A DNA stretch of 59,203 nt from Xanthobacteraceae bacterium (GTDB taxonomy: Bacteria > Pseudomonadota > Alphaproteobacteria > Rhizobiales > Xanthobacteraceae): contig DASXCK010000472.1 of NCBI GenBank assembly GCA_036491235.1, positions 1 through 59,203 of the forward strand, read 5' to 3'. The translations under genes were made by a program, and so were the position numbers. The notes beneath the pieces are model-generated. The model made no database searches and was not told the DNA's origin. It saw only the letters and a list, made by a program, of their open reading frames with translations. Positions 49,703 to 57,561 of the stretch are shown here, piece after piece (the first letter of the stretch is position 1; the number at the start of each line of letters is the position of its first letter).

Positions 49703-51034
49703 TCACGACGATTTGTCGCAAGGCTCGGTGCGTTTCGGCCAGCCGGTGTTCGACGTGGCGTACTGCTTGGCGGCGGCATCGATCAACGGCAGCACCTTGT
49801 CCTTCATCGGGTCGATCCAGTCCGACGCCTTGACCCAGGCGTTGCCGTCCCAGCGCGCCACATAGGCGGCGTGATGACCGCTGTGGTCGCTGCACGACAC
49901 CTTGAACGGGCGCGCGAAGCCGGTCATGCCGAGCTGCTCGAGCCGGGCCGCATCGACGTTGAGGGACTCGAGGCCCCGGCGCATGTCCTCGCCGGTGATG
50001 ACCTTCTTCCCGGTCAGCCGCTGCGCATTGCGGATCGCTTCCGCGATGATCATCGAGTTGAGCACGCCGCGACCGTAGAAATTCTCGCCGACATTGGCCT
50101 TGGAGGCGACCTGGCTGCCGCCCTTGTCGACCACATATTTGATGATGTCCTGCATCACCGGGTAATTCTGGCCGACGAGGTTGAAGTCGAGCGACAGATA
50201 GCCCTTGCCGCCGTCGCCGGCGGGGCGCACGTCGCTCTCGCCGCCCGCCCACCAGTTGCCGATCAGGTGATCCATCGGATAGTTGATGCGGGCCGCTTCC
50301 TTGACGGCGGTCGGATTCATGGCGCCGAAACCCTGCATGTAGATGTAGTCCGGGCGGTCGCGGCGGATGCCGAGCCACAGCGCCGACTGGTTCTGCATCT
50401 GCGGCGCCGGGACCGGATAGAGCTTGAGCGTGAAGCCGTAGTCCTTGGCGAGCGCCTGCAAGAGCGGGATCGGCTCCTTGCCGTAAGGCGCATCGAGGTG
50501 GACGAGACCGATGGTCTTGCCCTTGAGCTTGTCGAGGCCGCCCATCTTGTCGGCGACGTATTTCACGAAGATCGAGGCGCCGTCCCAATAGGTCGACGGC
50601 GGGTTGAATACCCAGGGAAAGATGTCGCCGTCCGCCGCGGCCGAGAGCCCGTAGGCCATCGACAGGATCGGGACCTTGTCGACAGCGGCCTTGGGGATCA
50701 CCTGCAGCGTGATCGCGGTCGAATAGGGCGTGATGACGATCGGGTGCTTGCTCTTGGCCGACTCGTAGCACTCGACGCCTTTGGCGGTGTCGTAGCCGGT
50801 CTCGCATTCCTCCGCCTTGATCTTGACGCCGCCGACGCCGCCGTCGCGCGCATTGATCATGTTGAAGTAATCGACCATGCCGTTGGCGATCGGCGTGCCC
50901 GAGGCCGAGAACGCTCCCGTACGATAGGTCATCAGCGGGACGTAGACGCTGTCCTGCGCGCTCGCCACGCCCGGAAGGACTGCCGTCATGCCGAGGGCAA
51001 CCGCCATCCCGAGGACGAAATGCTTCCATCGCAT
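49703..51034 (-). CDS. ABC transporter substrate-binding protein (Leu/Ile/Val-binding protein family)
   Basis: ORF 49703..51154 trimmed to MRWKHFVLGMAVALGMTAVLPGVASAQ. Type I periplasmic binding fold pattern. Confidence 0.9.
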   Translation of the reverse strand: MRWKHFVLGMAVALGMTAVLPGVASAQDSVYVPLMTYRTGAFSASGTPIANGMVDYFNMINARDGGVGGVKIKAEECETGYDTAKGVECYESAKSKHPIVITPYSTAITLQVIPKAAVDKVPILSMAYGLSAAADGDIFPWVFNPPSTYWDGASIFVKYVADKMGGLDKLKGKTIGLVHLDAPYGKEPIPLLQALAKDYGFTLKLYPVPAPQMQNQSALWLGIRRDRPDYIYMQGFGAMNPTAVKEAARINYPMDHLIGNWWAGGESDVRPAGDGGKGYLSLDFNLVGQNYPVMQDIIKYVVDKGGSQVASKANVGENFYGRGVLNSMIIAEAIRNAQRLTGKKVITGEDMRRGLESLNVDAARLEQLGMTGFARPFKVSCSDHSGHHAAYVARWDGNAWVKASDWIDPMKDKVLPLIDAAAKQYATSNTGWPKRTEPCDKSS

Positions 51035-51164
51035 GTTGTTTCTCCCTTCGATTCCACGGGCGTGCGCTCGAGCCCGTCGGCACCTGCGCCGCCGTTCTGC
51101 GGCGGGTCGATTCCGGCGCGATGTAATCGCCCGCCCGGCATTTATTCGGCGCAAGTCTGCCCCT

Positions 51165-52241
51165 TTAATAAGGGAAAGGCCACACCCTGAGTTTCTGCTT
51201 TCCGATTTGCCACAGACGCGCGAGCCCCATGGGCTCGAGCACCAGAAAGCCGATGATGAGCACCCCGACGGTCATGAAGGTCAGGTGATCGACGGTCTCG
51301 GCGCGCAGCGGCATGCCGATCGCCGCCGGCGTCTCGCGCAGGATGATGGGCAGCATGTAGATCAGCGCCGCGCCCATGAACGAGCCGGTCAGGCTGCCGA
51401 GCCCGCCGATGATGACCATGAACAGAACGAAGAAGCTCTGGTTTATGTCGAATACGTCGGACTCGCCGCCGCCGTACCACAGGAACATCAGCAAGGCCCC
51501 GGCGATGCCGCAATAGAACGATGACACCGCAAAAGCCGTGAGCTTGGTCTGCAGCAGGCGGATGCCCATGAGCTCGGCCGCGATGTCCATGTCGCGCACC
51601 GCCATCCAGGCGCGGCCGATGCGGCCGCGCACGAGATTCGACGCGATCAGGGTCATCACCATGACGAACGCGAGCACGACCAGGTAGCGCGTGGTGGCGC
51701 TCGCGGTCGGCCCGGTGACCGGAACGCCGAACAGCGTGCGCGTCGGCACCTCGATCGCGCCCGAGGCATTGTTGTTGTAGAGCCACGGAATGCGGATGAA
51801 GCACCACTGCAGGAAGAACTGTGCCGCGAGCGTCGCGACCGCGAGATAAAAGCCCTTGATGCGCAGCGACGGCAGGCCGAACAGCACGCCGACCGCCGCC
51901 GAGAAGAATCCGGAGACGACGATCCAGACGAGGATGTTCACGTTCGGGAAAAGGCTGGTGAGCTTGTAGCACGCATAAGCGCCGATCCCCATGAAGGCGC
52001 CGGTGCCGAGCGACAGCAGCCCGGTGTAGCCGGTGAGGATATTGAGCCCGATCGCGGCGAGCGAGAACACCAGGAACGGGATCATCACCGCATTGATGAG
52101 GAATTCGCTGCCGAGCAGCGGCAGCGCCACGACGGCGATCGCAAGGATGACGCCGAGGCCGATGCGGTCCTGCAAGACGGGGAACACCGCCATGTCGGCG
52201 GCGTAGGTCGTCTTGAACTGGCCTGCCTCGCGATAAAACAT
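51165..52241 (-). CDS. Branched-chain amino acid-type ABC transporter permease (LivM-like)
   Basis: ORF 51165..52241, 358 aa, polytopic. NILTGYTGLLSLGTGAFMGIGAYA. Confidence 0.9.
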   Translation of the reverse strand: MFYREAGQFKTTYAADMAVFPVLQDRIGLGVILAIAVVALPLLGSEFLINAVMIPFLVFSLAAIGLNILTGYTGLLSLGTGAFMGIGAYACYKLTSLFPNVNILVWIVVSGFFSAAVGVLFGLPSLRIKGFYLAVATLAAQFFLQWCFIRIPWLYNNNASGAIEVPTRTLFGVPVTGPTASATTRYLVVLAFVMVMTLIASNLVRGRIGRAWMAVRDMDIAAELMGIRLLQTKLTAFAVSSFYCGIAGALLMFLWYGGGESDVFDINQSFFVLFMVIIGGLGSLTGSFMGAALIYMLPIILRETPAAIGMPLRAETVDHLTFMTVGVLIIGFLVLEPMGLARLWQIGKQKLRVWPFPY

Positions 52242-52270
52242 CAGTTGCCCCCGACGCGATTACATCGCTC

Positions 52271-52354
52271 CGTCATGCGCGGGCTTGGCCCGCGCATCCA
52301 CGCCTTCCTTGCGGCAGAAAGGCGTGGATGGCCGGGACAAGCCCGGCCTTGACG
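52271..52354. repeat. REP-B copy 2
   Basis: CGTCATGCGCGGGCTTGGCCCGCGCATCCACGCC...GGCGTGGATGGCCGGGACAAGCCCGGCC. Same double-hairpin design as 1891-1972. Confidence 0.75.
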
Positions 52355-52384
52355 ACTTGGAGAAACGATGCGTGGCGACATTCG

Positions 52385-53341
52385 CTATATCCGCTCGATG
52401 ATGCGCTCGCCGAACAGGCCTTGCGGACGGAAGAGCAGGAAGATGAGCGCGATCACGTAAGCGAGCCAGCTTTCGATGCCGCTGCCGAGCAGCGGGCCCC
52501 AGTAGAACTCGCCGAGCTTCTCGCCGACGCCGATGACGACGCCTCCGACGATCGCGCCCGGGATCGACGTGAAGCCGCCGAGGATGAGCACCGGCAGCGC
52601 TTTGAGCGCGATGATCTGCAGCGCGAACGAGACGTCCGAGCGGGCGCCCCACATGATGCCGGTCGCGAGCGCGACGATGCCGGCCGCGAACCACACGATC
52701 ACCCAGATCTGCTCGAGCGAGATGCCGACCGAGAGCGCGGCGCGATGGCTGTCGGCAACCGCGCGCAGCGCGCGCCCGATGCGCGTCTTCTGGAAGAAGA
52801 TGCCGAGGCCCGTGACCATGATCAGCGCGATGACGGCGGCCGCGATGTCGAGCTTCTGCAGCGAGACGAGGCCGCCGAGGATCTTCAGGTCGATCGCGCC
52901 CCTGGGCAGGTAGAGCTGGTCGGCAATCATGGTTTTTGGATCGCCGCCGAACATGAGCTCGCCGAGCCCGATGAGGAAATAGGTCAGCCCGAAGGTCGCC
53001 ATGAACAGGATGATGTCGGGCTGGTTGACCAGCGGCCGCAGCACCAGGCGCTCGACCCCGAAGGCGAGCCCGTACATGATCACGATGGTGAGCCCGAGCG
53101 CCGCGAAGGCCGGCACGCCGTGCTCGTGCAGGCCGACGAGCATGAGGGCCGAGAACACCACCATGATGCCCTGCGCGAAGTTGAACACGCCCGAGGCCTT
53201 GAAGATGAGCACGAAGCCGAGCGCGATCAGCGAATAGAGCACGCCGGCGACGAAGCCCTCCCACACGGTCTGCACCAGCAGGTCGGGCGCCGCGCCCATC
53301 TGCACGAACGGATCGATGAAGATGCGGTAGAGGAGGTCCAC
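52385..53341 (-). CDS. Branched-chain amino acid-type ABC transporter permease (LivH-like)
   Basis: ORF 52385..53341 (GTG start), 318 aa. YSLIALGFVLIFKASGVFNFAQG. Confidence 0.9.
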   Translation of the reverse strand: MDLLYRIFIDPFVQMGAAPDLLVQTVWEGFVAGVLYSLIALGFVLIFKASGVFNFAQGIMVVFSALMLVGLHEHGVPAFAALGLTIVIMYGLAFGVERLVLRPLVNQPDIILFMATFGLTYFLIGLGELMFGGDPKTMIADQLYLPRGAIDLKILGGLVSLQKLDIAAAVIALIMVTGLGIFFQKTRIGRALRAVADSHRAALSVGISLEQIWVIVWFAAGIVALATGIMWGARSDVSFALQIIALKALPVLILGGFTSIPGAIVGGVVIGVGEKLGEFYWGPLLGSGIESWLAYVIALIFLLFRPQGLFGERIIERI

Positions 53342-53361
53342 GGCGGTCAGGTCTCTTTCCG

Positions 53362-53475
53362 TCTCCCCGCAGGGGAGAGGGCGGCGCGCGAAGCGCGCCG
53401 GGTGAGGGAATCTCGACGTTTCATCTTCGGCACATATAGCCCCTCACCCCGACCCTCCCCTGCGGGGAGAGGGAG
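53362..53475. repeat. REP-E copy 3
   Basis: TCTCCCC-GCA-GGGGAGA, GGCGCGC-GAA-GCGCGCC, GGTGAGGG (53401)...CCCTCACC (53441), and CTCCCC-TGC-GGGGAG. Confidence 0.75.
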
Positions 53476-53522
53476 CGCGAGCACCATGCTCACCTAACAG
53501 GAAGAGAATCATCCCCCGGCCC

Positions 53523-54323
53523 TCAATGCGCCACGCCGAGATACGCATCGATCACGCGCTGGTCGCGCTTGACCTCGTCGGGGGTGCCGTCGGCGATCTT
53601 GCGGCCGTATTCGAGCACGACGACGCGGTCGGAGAGGTCCATGACCACGCCCATGTCGTGCTCGATCAGCGCGATCGTCGTTCCGAAGTGACGGTTGACG
53701 TCGAGGATGTAGCGCGACATGTCCTCCTTCTCTTCCATGTTCATGCCGGCCATCGGCTCGTCGAGCAGCAGCAGGTCCGGCTCCATAGCGAGCGCGCGGC
53801 CAAGCTCGACGCGCTTCTGCAGGCCGTAGGGCAGCCGGCCGACCGGGATCCGGCGGATCTGCGGAATCTCGAGGAAGTCGATGATCTCCTCGACCTTGTG
53901 GCGGTGCGCGACCTCCTCGGCGACCGCCGGGCCGAAACGGATGATCTGCCAAAAGAGGCCGCGGTGCATCTTCAGACTGCGGCCCGCCATGATGTTGTCG
54001 AGCGTCGTCATGCCGCGAAACAGCGCGACGTTCTGGAACGTGCGGGCGATGCCGCCGCGCGCCGCCTCGTAGGGGCGCATGCGGCTGCGCGTCTTGCCCT
54101 TGAAGGTGATGCGGCCTTGCTGCGGATGGTAGAAGCCGTTGACCACGTTGAGCATCGAGGTCTTGCCGGCGCCGTTCGGGCCGATGATGGCGCGGATCTC
54201 GCCCGGGCGCACGTCGAACGAAACGTCGGTCAGCGCGTTCACGCCGCCGAACGACAGCGACACGTTCTCGACCGACAGCAGCGTCTCCCCAACCGCGCCC
54301 TCGCTGCCGGCCGGCGCCCTCAT
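53523..54323 (-). CDS. Branched-chain amino acid-type ABC transporter ATP-binding protein (LivG-like)
   Basis: ORF 53523..54323, 266 aa. Walker A GPNGAGKTS, signature LPYGLQKRVEL, Walker B LLLDEPMAGMN. The start overlaps the upstream stop (ATGA). Confidence 0.9.
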   Translation of the reverse strand: MRAPAGSEGAVGETLLSVENVSLSFGGVNALTDVSFDVRPGEIRAIIGPNGAGKTSMLNVVNGFYHPQQGRITFKGKTRSRMRPYEAARGGIARTFQNVALFRGMTTLDNIMAGRSLKMHRGLFWQIIRFGPAVAEEVAHRHKVEEIIDFLEIPQIRRIPVGRLPYGLQKRVELGRALAMEPDLLLLDEPMAGMNMEEKEDMSRYILDVNRHFGTTIALIEHDMGVVMDLSDRVVVLEYGRKIADGTPDEVKRDQRVIDAYLGVAH

Positions 54324-56290
54324 GCGGCCTTCTCCAGGGCGGCCTTCGCGAGCGTCATGTCGCGGATCTTCACCCGCGCCGAGAGCACGCCCTTGCGGCC
54401 GTCCTCGAAGGTGACCTCGGTCGCGATGTCGGCTTCGGTCGATCCGTCATAGAGCGCCGTGATCAGCGATGCATAACGCTCGGCGACGAGGCCGCGGCGC
54501 ACCTTCTGGGTGCGGGTAAGCTCGCCATCGTCGGGATCGAGCTCCTTGTGCAGGATGAGGAAGCGTCGCACCTGGGCGCCCGCCATCACGGATTCTTCCG
54601 CAAGCGAGCCGTTCATCTCGGCGACGTCGCGCTCCAGCATGTCGTAGACGAGCGGGTGACCGGCGAGCTCCTGGTAGGAGCCGTAGACCACGTTGTTGCG
54701 CTCGGCCCAGTTGGCGACCGCGGCCAAGTCGATGTTGAGGAGGGCGCAGACGAAATCGCGCTCGTGGCCGAACGCCACCGCCTCGCGGATGTTGGGATAG
54801 AATTTCAGCTTGTTCTCGATGTATTTCGGCGCGAACAACGTGCCGTCGTTGAGCTTGCCGACGTCCTTGGCGCGATCGATGATCTTGAGGTGCCCGGTCT
54901 TCGGATCGAACAAGCCGGCGTCGCCGGTCTTCACATAGCCGTCGGGGGTCAGCGTTTCCTCGGTGCGCGCGTCATCCTTGAAATAGCCGACGAACATGCC
55001 GGGCGAGCGGAACTGCACCTCGCCGTTGTCGGCAAGGCGGATGTCGACGTTGGGGATCGCGGGACCGACCGTGTCGGAGTGGATCTCCCCATCGGGCTGC
55101 GCCGTCACATAGAGGAAGGCTTCGGTCTGGCCGTAGAGCTGCTTCAGGTTGAGGCCGAGCGAGCGGTAGAACAGGAAAAGGTCCGGGCCGATCGCCTCGC
55201 CGGCCGTGTAGGCGACGCGCACGCGCGAGAGGCCGAGCACGTTCTTGAGCGGCTCGTAGACCAATACGCGGCCGACCGCATAAAGCAGACGCCCGACCAG
55301 CGGGACCGGCGCGCGGTTGAGGATCGGCTCGCCGTAGCGGCGCGCCACGCCGATGAAGTAGTGGAAGATCCGGCGCTTGATCGCGCCCGCATCCTCCATG
55401 CGGATCATCACCTGGGTGAGCATCTGCTCGAAGCCGCGCGGCGGCGCGAAATAGAAGGTCGGGCCGATCTCGCGCAGGTCCTGCGTCACGGTCTCGCCGC
55501 TCTCCGGACAGGCCGTGCAGAAGCCCGCCACCATGCCCTGGGCGTAGTTGAGATAGTGGTCGCCCACCCAGGCGAGCGGCAGATAGGCGAGCACCTTGTC
55601 ATTCGCGGTGAGCTTGTCGAACGCGACGGTGTCGCTGGCGGCGCCGATGCAGCCTTGTGCGGAGAGCACCACGCCCTTGGAGGCGCCGGTGGTGCCGGAG
55701 GTGTAGAGCACGATCGACGTGTCGGCGCCCTGTCCCGCCGCGATCTCGTCGTCGAGCCGGCGGCCGAGCGCCGGATCATCGGCGAGCGCCGCGCGGCCGT
55801 CCGCGATCACCTGGTCGATCGGGCGCAGCCGGCCGTGATCATAATCGCGCAGGCCGCGCGTCTCGTCATAGACGATGCGCTCGAGCCGCGGCAGCCGCTC
55901 GGACACGGAAAGGATCTTGTCGACCTGCTCCTGGTCCTCGGCGGCGGCGAACTTCACGTCGGCATGCGCGAGCACGTAGGCAAGCTCGTCCGCGACCGCA
56001 TCCGCATAGACGGGCACCGGAATGGCGCGCAGCACCTGCGTCGCCATGATCGACCAGTAGAGCTTCGGACGATTGGAGCCGACGATCGCGACCGTGTCGC
56101 CGGGCTTGACGCCGAGCCGCGAGAGCCCGATCGCGTAGGCGCGCACTTCGTCGAGCACCTGGTCCCACGTCCAGGTCTGCCAGATGCCGAAGTTCTTGAG
56201 GCGAAAGGCGGGACGGCCGCGAAAGACCTTCGCGTTGCGCACCAGCAGCTTCGGAAACGTATCCGCGTCGGCGGCGAGCGTTCCGGCCAC
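54320..56290 (-). CDS. Long-chain acyl-CoA synthetase-like AMP-dependent ligase
   Basis: ORF 54320..56290, 656 aa. AMP-binding signature IVLYTSGTTGASKGV, YGQTE, and GYVKTGDAGLFDPKTGHLKIIDRAKD. It is the first gene of the operon. Confidence 0.85.
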   Translation of the reverse strand: MAGTLAADADTFPKLLVRNAKVFRGRPAFRLKNFGIWQTWTWDQVLDEVRAYAIGLSRLGVKPGDTVAIVGSNRPKLYWSIMATQVLRAIPVPVYADAVADELAYVLAHADVKFAAAEDQEQVDKILSVSERLPRLERIVYDETRGLRDYDHGRLRPIDQVIADGRAALADDPALGRRLDDEIAAGQGADTSIVLYTSGTTGASKGVVLSAQGCIGAASDTVAFDKLTANDKVLAYLPLAWVGDHYLNYAQGMVAGFCTACPESGETVTQDLREIGPTFYFAPPRGFEQMLTQVMIRMEDAGAIKRRIFHYFIGVARRYGEPILNRAPVPLVGRLLYAVGRVLVYEPLKNVLGLSRVRVAYTAGEAIGPDLFLFYRSLGLNLKQLYGQTEAFLYVTAQPDGEIHSDTVGPAIPNVDIRLADNGEVQFRSPGMFVGYFKDDARTEETLTPDGYVKTGDAGLFDPKTGHLKIIDRAKDVGKLNDGTLFAPKYIENKLKFYPNIREAVAFGHERDFVCALLNIDLAAVANWAERNNVVYGSYQELAGHPLVYDMLERDVAEMNGSLAEESVMAGAQVRRFLILHKELDPDDGELTRTQKVRRGLVAERYASLITALYDGSTEADIATEVTFEDGRKGVLSARVKIRDMTLAKAALEKAA

Positions 56291-56346
56291 AGCGTTGCCC
56301 TCTTCCGGCTGTTACGGCTGGCAAGCGCCGGCCATCCCTCGCCGCC

Positions 56347-56371
56347 CAAATCGCGGTCTTGGCGCGATTTG
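56347..56371. promoter_or_regulatory. Perfect 9-bp inverted repeat CAAATCGCG-N7-CGCGATTTG
   Basis: Lies about 60-80 bp upstream of the CoA-ligase/ABC operon start (56290, minus strand). There is no flanking T-tract, so it looks operator-like. Confidence 0.35.
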
Positions 56372-56515
56372 AGAGGACGGGCGCGGGCCGGTCAAGGGCG
56401 GCGGACTGCAGCGAAAGGGTGTTTTTCGGCGCAGCGTCGGCGCTCCCTTTCCCATGCTCTTGCGGGACGAGGGAGCGCGGACGCACTGCCAGTCAGATTG
56501 GCCGCACCAGCACGC

Positions 56516-57478
56516 TCAGTGGTGATGCATTTGCATGCCCGCCGGCATGGGAGGGTCCTTCACGTCGTCCAGCGCCTTGTTCTGCGCCTCGAGGTAGGTA
56601 ATGAGATCTCCTGCGTCGGCGGGGCCGACGCCGAGCGCGGGCATGTGCACGGCGGGGAATTTCTCCATCAGCGACACCACGATCGGGTCATGGCGCGCCC
56701 GCGCCTGGTCGGGATGCTGGATGAAGCTCGAGAGCCAGTCGTGGTCGCGGCGCTTGGTGACGCCGCGCAGGTCGGGACCCACCCGGTCTCCGACGCCAAC
56801 CGTGTGGCAGGGCGCGCAGATCCGCTTGAACAGCGCCTGGCCTGGCTCGTTGCCGAGCGCGTAGCCGGTGTTGCTCGCCGCATTGAATTTCGGCTGGCGC
56901 ACCTGCGCGCTCCATTTCGGATCCATCTCATGGATGTCGTAGACTAGCCGGTCGAGATCGCCGAACACCGAGTCGCGCATCCATTGGCCGGTCGCATCAT
57001 TGCCGAGCACGACCTCATTGCGATGTTCGTCGAGCCTGTGGCTCTTGTCGCCGAGCTTGGATTTGATCTCGTACATGTCGGCCGGATTGCCAGTGAGGAA
57101 CAGCCAGCCATGGCCGGCGCCGAATGCGTTGGCGAACTCCTTGAGACGGGCGGGCGTGTCGCGCACGGGATCGACGGTGAGCGAAACGAAAAAGATGTCG
57201 CGCCCGACCTCGTCGCCGAGCTTATCCTCGAGCTGCGCGAGGCGGGCGGTGGTGAGCGGGCAGATGTCGGGGCAGTTGGTGTAGATGAAGCTGATCAGGA
57301 CCCGCCGGCCCTTGATGACGTCGTCGTAGAAGTTCAGCTTCTTTCCGTCCTGGGTGACCACCGGCAGGTTGGGGAAGTAGCCGGCGCCCCAGCGATTGCT
57401 CTGCGCGTGCACCGAGACCAGCGTCGACAGCAGCGCAGCGGCCAGCGCCGCGACGCCGATAGTAAGATATCGTTTCAT
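56516..57478 (-). CDS. SCO1/SenC-type copper chaperone fused to a mono-haem cytochrome c domain
   Basis: ORF 56516..57553 trimmed to MKRYLTIGVAALAAALLSTLVSVHAQ. SCO motif FIYTNCPDICP, then CAPCH with a downstream Met (AVHMPALG). The C-terminus is PPMPAGMQMHHH. Confidence 0.8.
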   Translation of the reverse strand: MKRYLTIGVAALAAALLSTLVSVHAQSNRWGAGYFPNLPVVTQDGKKLNFYDDVIKGRRVLISFIYTNCPDICPLTTARLAQLEDKLGDEVGRDIFFVSLTVDPVRDTPARLKEFANAFGAGHGWLFLTGNPADMYEIKSKLGDKSHRLDEHRNEVVLGNDATGQWMRDSVFGDLDRLVYDIHEMDPKWSAQVRQPKFNAASNTGYALGNEPGQALFKRICAPCHTVGVGDRVGPDLRGVTKRRDHDWLSSFIQHPDQARARHDPIVVSLMEKFPAVHMPALGVGPADAGDLITYLEAQNKALDDVKDPPMPAGMQMHHH

Positions 57479-57561
57479 GTATTCCTCCCGAACGCCCCCG
57501 CAAGTTTCTCCGCAGTGCGTCTTGCGACGCACTGCGGTCGCTCGTGTAAGCAATTCCTTGC

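Noticed and set aside
48604-53475. Regularly recurring palindromes between ABC-operon genes considered as a CRISPR-like or other array.
   Set aside because: The repeats belong to different families, are separated by full-length genes rather than short spacers, and there are no cas genes. They are REP elements.
54548-56947. A 799-aa plus-strand ORF. Similar long ORFs occur at 47396..48763, 49871..51190, 52328..53497 and 14976..16307.
   Set aside because: All are antisense to genes with strong family motifs and have low-complexity R/A/G/D-rich translations. There is no independent support for any of them.
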